Of a DNA stretch of 64,000 nucleotides, positions 9,964 to 21,100 are shown one piece after another. Origin of the DNA: Flexistipes sinusarabici DSM 4947 (lineage in GTDB: Bacteria; Chrysiogenota; Deferribacteres; Deferribacterales; Flexistipitaceae); contig NC_015672.1 of assembly GCF_000218625.1 (NCBI RefSeq), positions 1,647,451-1,711,450 of the forward strand, given 5' to 3'. The notes beneath the pieces are model-generated. The model had not been told where the DNA came from. It saw only the letters and a list, made by a program, of their open reading frames with translations, and did no database searches. Within the stretch, counting starts at the first letter, position 1. Each line of letters opens with the position of its first letter. A program made the position numbers and the translations under genes.

Positions 9964-10770
9964 TCATGATAAAAATTTCCTTATAACAACTTTATTGCCT
10001 TTTTTATTGTACTCAACCGAATCAAAATAAATTTTGGTAAGCATAATGCCTCTGCCGTGAAGTTTCAGCAAATCATCGTCTTTAGCCTGAAGTTCGGCAT
10101 TTTCCACGTCAAATCCCAAACCTTCATCCTCAATGATAAATTCAACAGTTTTTTTATCCATATAAATCTCCAGCCTAACCCTACAGTCACAGCCCTTTGA
10201 ATTTTCAACTCTGCTTTTAAGAAAATCTTCGTAGGTTCCGGCCTCCGTATGTCTAAATTTTTCTTCTGCACTGATCCCGAGATTCCCGTGTTCAACTGCG
10301 TTTGCAAGCATCTCTGATAATCCTATACGTATCTTCTGGATTTCTGAAATACCGGCAAAAAAAATCAGTTCTCTTGTTATAAAGAAAATTATTTTATCAA
10401 GTTTGAAAATATCATTGCCTATCAAATAACTTTTTTTTATAAATTCCGGCCATGAAATCCTGGAATACAAATCATCACTCACTCCGTGCATAAGCTGATC
10501 CAGCAGTGACCTAAACTGTATCTTATCAAAAGGAATTTTCAGATTGAAAACATTTTGAAGTTTTCCTGACTGTGAGACAAAGGCTACCGGAATATCAGAG
10601 AATTTAATTTTTTCGGCGGCAAGGCTGTCATCGGTGACAAAAAGCATATAATCCGATAATTCCTCAAGAGAGGAATCCGTATTCTGAATTTCAAAACCTT
10701 CCTCTTCAGCTGCGGCGGATAAAGAGTGGTAAAAGTTGATATTTTGCATAAAACATGCTATTTTTTTCAT
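9964..10770 (-). CDS. HATPase_c-type regulatory protein (anti-sigma factor / Ser kinase-like)
   Basis: C-terminal GHKL ATPase-like motifs (LANAVEHGN...IEDEGLGFD). Confidence 0.4.
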   Translation of the reverse strand: MKKIACFMQNINFYHSLSAAAEEEGFEIQNTDSSLEELSDYMLFVTDDSLAAEKIKFSDIPVAFVSQSGKLQNVFNLKIPFDKIQFRSLLDQLMHGVSDDLYSRISWPEFIKKSYLIGNDIFKLDKIIFFITRELIFFAGISEIQKIRIGLSEMLANAVEHGNLGISAEEKFRHTEAGTYEDFLKSRVENSKGCDCRVRLEIYMDKKTVEFIIEDEGLGFDVENAELQAKDDDLLKLHGRGIMLTKIYFDSVEYNKKGNKVVIRKFLS

Positions 10771-10827
10771 AAGTTTATTATATCATAAAATACTTTAAAT
10801 TGAACAAAAATCAGGAGGTTTACTCAT

Positions 10828-12258
10828 ATGGTGGATTCAAATATTTTCAGACAATATGATATCCGCGGGGTTGTTCCGGATACATTTAATAAGGATGTTG
10901 CTCAACAGATTGCAAATGCTTTTGCGTTTCAGGTTAAGAGTGAAACGGGCAACAGAGTCCCGGCAATTGCTGTGGGCAGAGATGTAAGATTGTCCTCCAA
11001 AGATATTTTCAATGGAGTGGCTGACGGGATAAAAGATGCCGGCTGTGATGTTGTGGAACTTGGTGTATGCCCGACACCTGCAACTTATTTCAGTTCTTTT
11101 TTTATGGAAGTGGATGCTTTTATAATGATTACCGGCAGTCACAATCCTCCGGAATATAATGGGATAAAACTGGGTATAGGTCATTCCACATATCATTCAG
11201 AAAAAATAACATCCCTTTATGATGATATAACCCGTTACGGTTACATTAATGCCGACATGAGGGGGCAGCACAGAGTGGATACCATTAACAAACATTATAT
11301 AGACTGGAATATAGAGCACTTTTCCCCCCTTAAGGATAAAATCTCTTCGCTGAACCGGAACATCAATGTTGTAATCGATGCCGGTAACGGAGTTGCATCA
11401 CATGTAGCTCCTGAAATATTCGAAGCTCTTGGCGTAAAAGTAACAAAGCTCTACTGTGAGCCTGACGGAAATTTTCCCAACCACCACCCTGATCCCACAG
11501 TGGAAGATAATCTGGAAGATTTAAAAGATAAAATAAAAGAGAACGGGGCTGATTTTGGCGTAGCCTATGACGGAGACGCAGACAGAATAGGAATTATCGA
11601 TGAAAAACAGGATGTCATATGGGGTGATCTTCTCCTGCTCATCTATGCAAAAGAGTTGAAGAAAAAATATGAAAAACCTAAAATCATTGCGGACGTCAAA
11701 GCATCGAAAGTTTTGTTCGACTCTCTTGAAAAGATTGGTGCAGAAAGTATTATGTGGAAGACAGGTCATTCTCTGATAAAAAACAAGCTCCTGGAAACAG
11801 GTGCCGAATTGGCCGGAGAAATGAGCGGACACATATTTTTTAAAGATGACTATTACGGTTATGACGATGCCATTTACGCATCACTGCGGTTTCTGCAGGC
11901 TTATGTCAACAATCTTTGCGAGGAAAATATCGGAAAAGTCTCTGATATGCTCGGAGATATTCCAAAAGTCTATAATACCCCTGAAATCAGATTCGACTGT
12001 CCTGATGATAAAAAGTTTGAGATTGTCAACAAATTAGCAGAAAAATTTAAAAAATATCTAAAAGAAGGTAAGCTGGGAATAAAAGAAATTATCGATATTG
12101 ACGGTATAAGGGTGGTTTTTGAAAACGGCTGGGGGCTTTTAAGGGCAAGTAATACGCAGCCGGTACTTGTTATGAGATTTGAAGCCACCGACAAAGCTGA
12201 AATGGAGCAATACCGCAAAATAATCGAAAAAGAACTGAAAGAGATGATGGATCTATAA
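10828..12258 (+). CDS. Phosphomannomutase/phosphoglucomutase (alpha-D-phosphohexomutase family)
   Basis: Active-site TGSHNPPEYNGIK and metal-binding GVAYDGDADR. Confidence 0.85.
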   Translation: MVDSNIFRQYDIRGVVPDTFNKDVAQQIANAFAFQVKSETGNRVPAIAVGRDVRLSSKDIFNGVADGIKDAGCDVVELGVCPTPATYFSSFFMEVDAFIMITGSHNPPEYNGIKLGIGHSTYHSEKITSLYDDITRYGYINADMRGQHRVDTINKHYIDWNIEHFSPLKDKISSLNRNINVVIDAGNGVASHVAPEIFEALGVKVTKLYCEPDGNFPNHHPDPTVEDNLEDLKDKIKENGADFGVAYDGDADRIGIIDEKQDVIWGDLLLLIYAKELKKKYEKPKIIADVKASKVLFDSLEKIGAESIMWKTGHSLIKNKLLETGAELAGEMSGHIFFKDDYYGYDDAIYASLRFLQAYVNNLCEENIGKVSDMLGDIPKVYNTPEIRFDCPDDKKFEIVNKLAEKFKKYLKEGKLGIKEIIDIDGIRVVFENGWGLLRASNTQPVLVMRFEATDKAEMEQYRKIIEKELKEMMDL

Positions 12259-12300
12259 GTATTAGGGGGGTATTAGAGGTATTAGGGAGTATTAGAGGTT
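12259..12300. repeat. C-free (GTATTAGRGG)n degenerate repeat directly after the phosphohexomutase stop codon
   Basis: gtattaggggggtattagaggtattagggagtattagagg. Confidence 0.65.
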
Positions 12301-12385
12301 CAATACTGTTTCCGCCTACGGGCATGCCTGTTAAGGTACTTAAAACTTAGTACTTAGCTCTTAACACTAATATTTCACTCCCTCT

Positions 12386-13981
12386 CTACCTCACTATATT
12401 AGGCGCACCTTTTATAATGCTTTTATCCACGTGATTTTCATAACGCTTGAAGTTCTCCACAAACTTACCTGCCAGTTGATTCAGTGTTTCATCATACGCA
12501 TTTTTATCATCCCATGCCAAAGCCGGATTAAGCACGTCCTTAGGCACATTTGGAGCTTCCTGTGGAACAAGAAAGCCAAAAACATCATTTGCCGCATACT
12601 CAACATCTTCCAGTTTACCGTCCAGAATTGCATTAATTATTGATCTAGTGTGCTTTATTTTAAATCTTGAACCTACTCCGTACGGGCCTCCCGTCAAACC
12701 GGTGTTAACAAGCCAACACTTAACATCGTGTTTTTCCACTTTTTCACCCAGGAGTTTTGCATAGACCGACGGATGGTGAATCATAAACGGAGCACCGAAA
12801 CAGGCGCTGAAAGTTGCTTTGGGCTCTTTTACCCCTTTTTCCGTTCCTGCAACCTTGGCCGTATACCCGGAAATAAAATGGTACATAGCCTGACTTGTGC
12901 TTAATCTTGCAACAGGCGGCAAAACACCAAAAGCATCATATGTCAGAAAAATTATATTATCCGGAGCAACAGCTTTACCGTCTTCCACAATATTCGGCAG
13001 ATGAGTAATGGGATAAGACGCCCTGGTGTTTTCAGTAAGTGAATCATCATCCAGATCGACATATCTTGTTCTGGAATCTATAGTAACATTTTCAAGTATC
13101 GTTCCGAATTTTCGTGTACATTCATATATATCCGGTTCAGCTTCCGCAGATAAATTTATTACTTTGGCATAACATCCGCCTTCAATGTTAAATATTCCTT
13201 TTTCACTCCATCCGTGCTCATCATCTCCCACCAAAGCCCTTCCGGGATCTGTGGAAAGAGTCGTTTTGCCCGTCCCGGACAATCCGAAAAAAAGTGAAGT
13301 ATCACCATTTTTCCCGACATTTGCAGAACAGTGCATTGAAAGTATCTCCTTTTTAGGCAAAAGGTAGTTCATCACACTGAAAATAGATTTTTTTATTTCA
13401 CCGGCATAGCTGGTACCGCCTATCAGCACCAAACGTTTGTTAAAATTGATTATAATAAAAGTTTCTGAGTTTGTTCCATCCACTTCAGGTATAGCATGGA
13501 AACGGGGAAGATCGATAACTGTAAAATCCGGTTGGAACCCTTTCAGTTTACTTCTGTCCTCTTCCCTGACAAACATATTTCTTGCAAAAAGGTTGTGCCA
13601 CGCCGTTTCAGAAATAACCCTTACTTTTATCCTGCTGCTTTCATCTGTACCTGCATAACATTCCTGAACAAACAAATCTTTTGTCTGTAGATATGATCTC
13701 ATTCTGGTAAAAATTTTTTCAAAATTTTCTTCACTGATCGGTTTGTTATCTTTAGACCAGTTCACATCATCCAGTCCCTTAGATTCAACAATAAATTTAT
13801 CGTTAGGTGACCTGCCGGTGTGATGCCCTGTGCGCACCACAAGCGGCCCCAAGTGTGCCAATATCCCTTCCCTTCTCATAATGGACTGCTCGTATAATTC
13901 CGGTGTGGATAAGTTCCAGTATATCCTGGATAAATTATCGAGTCCCAGCGATTCCAGGCCGGTAATTTCCGTTTTAGCCAT
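12386..13981 (-). CDS. pckA: Phosphoenolpyruvate carboxykinase (ATP)
   Basis: Kinase-1a motif FFGLSGTGKTTLS. Start chosen at MAKTEITG. Confidence 0.9.
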   Translation of the reverse strand: MAKTEITGLESLGLDNLSRIYWNLSTPELYEQSIMRREGILAHLGPLVVRTGHHTGRSPNDKFIVESKGLDDVNWSKDNKPISEENFEKIFTRMRSYLQTKDLFVQECYAGTDESSRIKVRVISETAWHNLFARNMFVREEDRSKLKGFQPDFTVIDLPRFHAIPEVDGTNSETFIIINFNKRLVLIGGTSYAGEIKKSIFSVMNYLLPKKEILSMHCSANVGKNGDTSLFFGLSGTGKTTLSTDPGRALVGDDEHGWSEKGIFNIEGGCYAKVINLSAEAEPDIYECTRKFGTILENVTIDSRTRYVDLDDDSLTENTRASYPITHLPNIVEDGKAVAPDNIIFLTYDAFGVLPPVARLSTSQAMYHFISGYTAKVAGTEKGVKEPKATFSACFGAPFMIHHPSVYAKLLGEKVEKHDVKCWLVNTGLTGGPYGVGSRFKIKHTRSIINAILDGKLEDVEYAANDVFGFLVPQEAPNVPKDVLNPALAWDDKNAYDETLNQLAGKFVENFKRYENHVDKSIIKGAPNIVR

Positions 13982-14043
13982 CTCTAATACCCCTCTGTTT
14001 TTTTTGTTGAAAATATATGACATTTTAAACTATAATTTTCAAC

Positions 14044-14361
14044 ATGAATTGTAAACAGGATTTTATTTTTTTTGAAAAGGCCGATGAAAAGGAAATAAAA
14101 AAGGAAAAAGAGAAAGCAAGGTCTTTGAAAAAAAAGCAATGGTGGAAAAATAAACTGGCTTCTGGTATATGTCACTACTGCGGGAAAAAAGTGGGGCGGG
14201 AAAACCTCACGATGGATCATGTTGTACCGTTAATCAGAGGCGGCAAGTCCACAAAAGGTAATATTGTTGCTGCATGCAAAGAGTGCAACAGCAAAAAGAA
14301 ATACATGACACCTGTTGAGTGGGAAGAGTATATACAAAAATTGAAAGGGGAAGACGGTTAA
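14044..14361 (+). CDS. Stand-alone HNH endonuclease-domain protein
   Basis: HNH motif CHYCGKK...DHVVP...CKECNSKK. Length 105 aa with a basic N-terminal tail. Confidence 0.7.
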   Translation: MNCKQDFIFFEKADEKEIKKEKEKARSLKKKQWWKNKLASGICHYCGKKVGRENLTMDHVVPLIRGGKSTKGNIVAACKECNSKKKYMTPVEWEEYIQKLKGEDG

Positions 14362-16979
14362 TGACGGGAAAAGAAATCAGACAAAAATTTTTGGATTTTT
14401 TTGAACAAAAAGATCATACAATAGTAAAATCTTCATCGCTGGTTCCGGAAAATGACCCCACACTTTTGTTTACAAATGCCGGAATGAATCAGTTCAAGGA
14501 TACCTTTCTGGGTGTGGAAAAACGGAACTATTCCAGAGCCGCAACTTGCCAGAAGGTAGTCAGAGCAGGCGGCAAACACAATGACCTTGAGAATGTTGGC
14601 AGGACAGCACGACATCATACGTTTTTTGAAATGCTCGGAAATTTTTCTTTCGGGGATTATTTCAAAAGAGGTGTTATAAATTATGCATGGGAATTTCTCA
14701 CGGAGGTCTTGGGGCTTGATAAGGAAAAATTATACATCTCCGTTTTTCATAAGGATGATGAAGCTTTTAACATATGGAAAAACGAAATCGGCATACCGGA
14801 GGAAAGAATTTCAAAACTGGGGGAAAAAGAAAATTTCTGGTCTATGGGTGACACTGGGCCATGCGGTCCGTGTTCTGAAATTCATATAGACCAGGGTCCC
14901 AAAATTGGATGCGGCAGGAGTGACTGCGATCCTGAATGTGACTGCGACAGATTTTTGGAACTTTGGAATCTCGTATTTATGCAGTACGACAGAGATGCTG
15001 AAGGAACCCTGCATCCACTGCCCAAACCCAGCATAGACACGGGAATGGGGTTGGAGCGTATAGCAGCAGTTGTCCAGAATGTCACAAGTAACTTTGATAC
15101 AGACCTCATCAGACCAATCATTGAAGAAACGTCATCCATTGCCGGGATCAGGTATAAAGATAATGAAAAATTTGATATCAGTCTCCGTGTGATAGCTGAT
15201 CACGCCAGAGCAACAACATTCTTAATTTCAGACGGCGTTATACCTGCAAATGAGGGGCGCGGATATGTGCTGAAAAGGATTATGCGCAGAGCCATGAGGC
15301 ACGGGAGACTTATCGGTATTAAAGAGAACTTTTTCTATAAAATTTGTGAATTTGTAGTGGATTTTATGAGTGATCATTACCTGGAGCTTGTTGACAAGAA
15401 AAATTATATTTCCAAAATTGTTAAACAGGAAGAAAGCAGGTTTAAAAATACATTGACAACCGGTCTGAAAATTACCGAGTCACTTATAGAAAAATACAAA
15501 TATGACAAATATATACCCGGAAAAGAAATATTCACCCTTTATGATACATACGGATTCCCCGTGGATCTGTTAGAGGATATTGCGGAAGAAAACGGATTCA
15601 GCTTAGATATGGAAGGTTTTAAAAAGGAAATGTCCGCTCAGCAGGAAAAAGCTAAAAGAGCCTGGAGCGGCAGCGGAGATACCGCAGTTGATGAAAGATT
15701 TAAAAAACTTGCATCAAAATTCAGAACTGAATTTGACGGATATGACAAACTTTCCTTAGAAAGTGAGATTCTCGGAATCATTAGCAAAGGAAATAACACA
15801 GAAGAGGCAAAACAGGGAGATAAAATCGAAATAATTCTGTCAAAAACTCCCTTTTACCCGGAAGGTGGAGGAGAGACAGGTGATAAAGGTTATATAAAAA
15901 GTGACAATGCCGTAGCGGAAGTAAAAGATACAAAAAAATATGCCGAATCACTAATAGTTCATGAGGCTGAAATATTAAACGGTACTTTAAAGGTGGGGGA
16001 GATTATAACAGCAGAAGTGAACAGTGAATTTCGTAAAGCGGTTGAAAAAAACCATACTTCCACTCACTTGATTCACAAAGCTCTCAGAGAGGTATTGGGT
16101 GACCACGTGAGGCAGTCAGGTTCACTTGTGGATTCGGAAAAGCTGCGTTTTGATTTCACACACTTTTCCCCATTAAGCAGGGAAGAAATTGTAGAGATAG
16201 AAAATATAGTAAATAAAAAGATTCAGGAGAACCTCCCTGTAAAAAAGGAGATTACGGATATAGATTCTGCAATACAAAAAGGTGCAATGGCAATATTTGG
16301 AGAAAAATACGGTGATACAGTCCGTGTGGTTTCTGTAAATGATTTTTCCAAAGAGCTGTGCGGAGGCTGCCATGTCAATTATACGGGTGAAATCGGCCTG
16401 TTCAAAATTACAACGGAAACCAGTGTGGCATCAGGGATAAGAAGAATAGAGGCACTCACAGGTATCAAAGCATTTGAAGAGCTGTCCAAAATTTACAGAA
16501 TGGCGGAAGATACGGCCGGACTATTAAAAACATCCATTTCAAAATTGTTTGAAAGTGTTGATTCTCAGAATAAAAAGGTAAAAGAACTGGAAAAGCGGCT
16601 GAAAGAACTGAAAGACAAACTTAATTCACGGCAAACGGAGAAACTGCTCGAAAATGTGAAAGAGAAAAACGGAATAAAAATTCTCACATTAAGAGCTGAT
16701 GAACAGGATATAAATTCCCTGCGAAACATGACCGATGTTGCAAAAGCCAAACTAAAATCCGGTATTGTCGTTATAGGCTCAGAAAACAAAGGCAAAGCAG
16801 TTTTCATATGCGGCGTCACAAAAGATCTTACTGACAGATACAAGGCAGGCGATATTGTAAAGAAAGTGGCAGCCGTCTGCGGAGGCAGCGGAGGCGGAAA
16901 GGCTGAAATGGCACAGGCCGGAGCAAAAGACATAAATAAGATTGATGAAGCCCTCGAAACGGTTTATAATATATTATAA
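14361..16979 (+). CDS. alaS: Alanine--tRNA ligase
   Basis: Class II aaRS motifs. C-terminal editing-domain zinc motif HTSTHLIH...CGGCHV. Start at MTGKEIRQKFLDFF. Confidence 0.95.
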   Translation: MTGKEIRQKFLDFFEQKDHTIVKSSSLVPENDPTLLFTNAGMNQFKDTFLGVEKRNYSRAATCQKVVRAGGKHNDLENVGRTARHHTFFEMLGNFSFGDYFKRGVINYAWEFLTEVLGLDKEKLYISVFHKDDEAFNIWKNEIGIPEERISKLGEKENFWSMGDTGPCGPCSEIHIDQGPKIGCGRSDCDPECDCDRFLELWNLVFMQYDRDAEGTLHPLPKPSIDTGMGLERIAAVVQNVTSNFDTDLIRPIIEETSSIAGIRYKDNEKFDISLRVIADHARATTFLISDGVIPANEGRGYVLKRIMRRAMRHGRLIGIKENFFYKICEFVVDFMSDHYLELVDKKNYISKIVKQEESRFKNTLTTGLKITESLIEKYKYDKYIPGKEIFTLYDTYGFPVDLLEDIAEENGFSLDMEGFKKEMSAQQEKAKRAWSGSGDTAVDERFKKLASKFRTEFDGYDKLSLESEILGIISKGNNTEEAKQGDKIEIILSKTPFYPEGGGETGDKGYIKSDNAVAEVKDTKKYAESLIVHEAEILNGTLKVGEIITAEVNSEFRKAVEKNHTSTHLIHKALREVLGDHVRQSGSLVDSEKLRFDFTHFSPLSREEIVEIENIVNKKIQENLPVKKEITDIDSAIQKGAMAIFGEKYGDTVRVVSVNDFSKELCGGCHVNYTGEIGLFKITTETSVASGIRRIEALTGIKAFEELSKIYRMAEDTAGLLKTSISKLFESVDSQNKKVKELEKRLKELKDKLNSRQTEKLLENVKEKNGIKILTLRADEQDINSLRNMTDVAKAKLKSGIVVIGSENKGKAVFICGVTKDLTDRYKAGDIVKKVAAVCGGSGGGKAEMAQAGAKDINKIDEALETVYNIL

Positions 16980-16995
16980 AATTAAGGGGGAAAAA

Positions 16996-17364
16996 ATGAA
17001 CGAGTTTGCCAGAAAATTTTTCCTGGCCGGTTTAGGCCTTGCTGCAACAACAGAAAATAAAGCCAAAAATGCCTTTAATGAGCTGATCCAGAAAGGTGAG
17101 AATTTACAGTCCAAAGAAGCTAAGTTTCTCAAGGAAGTAATGGACTCTACAGAGAAGACAGCTGACGAATTTTCGGATCGTTTTGATGATTTAAAAAACG
17201 AGTTTATGCAAAAAATGGGCGCAGTCTCCAAAAAAGAGTTCGAAGATTTAAAAAACAGTGTGAATAAACTGAAAAAACAAAATGATGAACATAATGAAAA
17301 CTTAGAGAAACTTACCGGAGAGATAAAAAAGCTAAAGAATGAACTTAACAAAAAAACAGGTTAA
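16996..17364 (+). CDS. Phasin-like coiled-coil protein
   Basis: 122-aa alpha-helical protein with a good RBS (ggggg) upstream. Confidence 0.35.
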   Translation: MNEFARKFFLAGLGLAATTENKAKNAFNELIQKGENLQSKEAKFLKEVMDSTEKTADEFSDRFDDLKNEFMQKMGAVSKKEFEDLKNSVNKLKKQNDEHNENLEKLTGEIKKLKNELNKKTG

Positions 17365-17980
17365 GGAAATAAACAAAGTAAGAGCCGGTTGTGAAAAGCT
17401 GGATTACTGCGTTTATACCACTTTTTCCTTATACAACAGATTCAAAATTGATATCCCGAGAAGGCAAGCGGCTATACTAGTGCCGCTTTATTTTTTAAAT
17501 AACGAATGGTACATAATTTTCACCAAAAGAACAAACCACCTCCCCTATCACAGCGGAGAAATCTCTTTTCCCGGCGGCTCAAGGGAAAAACAGGATTCGG
17601 GCAAAAAGGAGACCGCATTAAGGGAAACTGAAGAGGAAATAGGAATTCCCAGAGAAGCCATGACTATATTAGGTAAGCTGGATGACCAGCTTTCAGTAGC
17701 TGATATCAATGTCACACCTTACGTTGCCAAAATAACAGATCTTACCGCTTTAACACATATGAAACCACAGGAAAGTGAGGTTGAAGAAATATTTCAGGTA
17801 CCTCTGCATTTTTTTTACCGTAAAAGCACATTCTGGTATGAAAATTGGATAAGAAACAAACAGCCGCACAAAGTATACTTTTACAATTTCAACGGCCGTA
17901 TCATATGGGGGCTGACAGCAAGGGTGGTTAAGAATCTGATTGAACTCCTTGAATTTTGCAACACCTGCGAAGAAAACTGA
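17339..17980 (+). CDS. Nudix hydrolase (CoA pyrophosphatase-like)
   Basis: Nudix box GGSREKQDSGKKETALRETEEEIG. Confidence 0.75.
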   Translation: MNLTKKQVKEINKVRAGCEKLDYCVYTTFSLYNRFKIDIPRRQAAILVPLYFLNNEWYIIFTKRTNHLPYHSGEISFPGGSREKQDSGKKETALRETEEEIGIPREAMTILGKLDDQLSVADINVTPYVAKITDLTALTHMKPQESEVEEIFQVPLHFFYRKSTFWYENWIRNKQPHKVYFYNFNGRIIWGLTARVVKNLIELLEFCNTCEEN

Positions 17981-18161
17981 TTCCTGTTTATTATTTATGA
18001 ATTTATGCAGTTTTCGTAAACAAAACAAACTATTTCAAAAAATAAAAACTTGTTGTTGTCAAAGGCACTTTTATATAATAAAAGACTTGAATAGAAGTGT
18101 TTAACTTCTGTAAATTTTAAGAGTTCAGAGGCAGAGCTTATAAAATAACAGGGAGTGGTAA

Positions 18162-21100
18162 ATGTTTAATATTTCTTTTTTAACCGGCAGCGAAATCAAA
18201 GAAAGGAAAAATATCGAAACGGTAAAAAAAAGGCATAATGAGGTCTTCGGCAAATTCAGACAAACAAATCCGCCTTTTTATTTTTTCACGGAAATATTCA
18301 TTATGCAGCTCCCCCTGAATTTTCTTGAGATACTAACGGATACGGATCTTCTGGAATTCCTGAAATTTTTGTTTGAAGATTTTAACGAAAGAAAAAAGAA
18401 AAAATACCGGATGAATTATACCACACCTTTCAACTCGTCCTTTTTTATAGGCAATTTCTCACTTATTACTCTTTCCACAGATGACAGGCCGTTTCTCGTA
18501 GACAGTATCAGAGAATATTTCTTCGAGGCTAATATTTCCCAGCAGTTTATACTGCATCCGATATTCAGCGTAAAACGCAACAACAAAGGAGATATTACAG
18601 ATATCAAAGACGCAGATATAGGAACCAAAAATGAATCCTATGTCGTTGTTTTTCTGGAAAACGTTGAAGAACCTGAATTTAAAAAAATCCGTTCGGAAAT
18701 TAAAAAGATATACAATGAAGTAATACTTGCTGTGGACGACTTTCCATCCATGAGTAATCTACTGAAAAACTTATCCGAGTCATACAAAAATATCACTCCT
18801 GAAGTATCAGAATTTATCGATTGGCTGATGAACGAGAATTTTATTTTACAGGGCGTAAGGATTTTAAAAAACGTTAACCTGCAAACGGGCGATTATTCAA
18901 TGGAACAGTTTGGCGTTTATAAACTTAACAGAACACTTTCATTAATCCCCTCAATAATTAAAGCAATACAGTCAAACAGATTAAAATATATAAACAATTA
19001 TCCCATTGTGGTGGATAAAGCCATACATGAATCCAAAGTTAAGAAAAGAATAAAATACGACCGGGTAATGATTACCGATTTTAATGAAAACTCCTGCACA
19101 GTCATAACACTTATCGGTGTCTTTTCCAAAGAAGCAATCAACACTCCGCCTTATAAAATCAGCATTTTAAGAAAAACAATTGCAGAGGTTTTCAATTATT
19201 TCAAATTTGTGCAGGGCTCACACGATTTCAAGTGGATTAGAGACATTATAAATTACTACCCCAAAACAGAAATATTTAATTTTGACAGAGACACGCTAAT
19301 TGATATTCTTGAAACTATTCTTTCCCTGCAGGGGAAAAATCAGATCAGACTGTACTGGAAAGACTTCAGACCGCTGAAGAATTTTTACATACTTCTTGCC
19401 ATCCCTTCCGAAAAATTTTCAAACGAGCTTATCAGAGAACTGAGCGGCAACTTCGCCGAAATACTCAGGGCAAATTTACTGGATTTAACGACCCGCAGCG
19501 ATGAGCACGGTTATCATTTAATACACTTTCACTTTTACCTGAAGGATTTAAACACTTTGGACAAATTGAAAGACAGTGATTTAAAAGAAATGGTGCAGGG
19601 CATCCTGAAAGACTGGGATGACGAACTTTATGAACTGCTTTCCATAAGATATTCCGGTTTAAAAACCGATCAGATTTATCATTCTTTTGTAAATTCGTTC
19701 TCTGAGAATTATAAAACGAGGCTCAGCCCCCGGGAAGGCGCATTTGACATATCATATCTTATAAAATTTAAGGGTCTTAGATCGGCTATTTATCATGAAA
19801 ATGATAAAATAGTATTAAAAATATACTCCGAAGAAAAGATTCTTCTTACTGATATCATGCCTGTTATTAATAACATAGGTTTAAAAGTACACGAGGAGGA
19901 AATATATACACTCTCCACAAAGGGTAAATCGTATTACATAAGCAATATCTATCTCGCCGAAATCGATAATAACAAAAAATTTGCCGACATTTACGGAGAC
20001 AAACTCTCTGAAATCCTGACAGCCGCAATGACAGAAAAGGTTGAAAACGACAGACTGAACAAATTGCTGGTTCTTGCCGAACTGAGCTACAAGGAAATAG
20101 ACGTTTTGCGGGGGCTGAGGAACTATGTTGAACAGATAAATTACACATTCAGCAGACAGTCTATTAATGAAACACTAATTAACAATCCGAAAATTGCAAA
20201 GCTTCTTTTCCAACTTTTCGATGAGAAATTCAATCCTTCCTGCAGCAAAAGGGATACAGAAGCTTTGGAGAAAAAGCTGCTTGAAGAAATTGACAAAGTA
20301 TCTTCTGTTCTTGGGGATTCAATATTAAGGCATCTGCTGAAAACAATAAACGCCGCCAGCAGAACAAATTATTACCAAACACCTGTCAGAAATTATATTT
20401 CATTCAAAATTCGAAGTAGCACATTGGATATTTTACCGGAACCCAAACCGATGTTTGAAATATATGTACACGGACCGCATATGGAAGGGGTTCATCTTAG
20501 AGGAGGAAAAGTAGCCAGAGGCGGCTTACGCTTCAGCGACAGGTTCGACGACTTCAGAACGGAAATTATGGGGCTTTTGAAAACACAGATGGTAAAAAAT
20601 ACAATCATTGTTCCGGTGGGCTCAAAAGGTGGATTTATAGTCAAAAAACGCTTTCAGGACATTGACAAAGACAGAGCTTTTGTAGTGGAGCAATACAAAA
20701 ATTTCATACGTGGTCTTCTCGACTTAACAGACAATTATGCGGGTAAAAAGATTATTCAGCCTGAAAACACAGTAATATATGATGATAAGGACCCTTATCT
20801 TGTTGTTGCCGCAGACAAAGGAACCGCCACATTCAGCGATGTTGCCAACTCCGTTTCCAAGGAATACAATTTTTGGCTTGGGGATGCATTCGCCTCAGGC
20901 GGCAGTGAAGGTTACGATCACAAAAAGGTGGGAATAACAGCCAGAGGCGCCTGGGAATGTGTAAAGAGACACTTCCGGGAGCTTGATAAAAACATTTCAA
21001 AAGAGGACTTCACAGTTGTCGGTATCGGCGACATGAGCGGGGACGTTTTCGGTAACGGCATGCTTTTATCGCGTAAAATAAAACTGCTCGGAGCATTTAA

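Noticed and set aside
1268-20148. Numerous 60-180-aa ORFs antisense to or overlapping large annotated genes (e.g. 1268-1462, 2550-2756, 4146-4700, 8792-9142, 9254-9868, 16565-16933, 19867-20148)
   Set aside because: Embedded in well-supported genes on the other strand or frame, with low-complexity translations. Treated as spurious.
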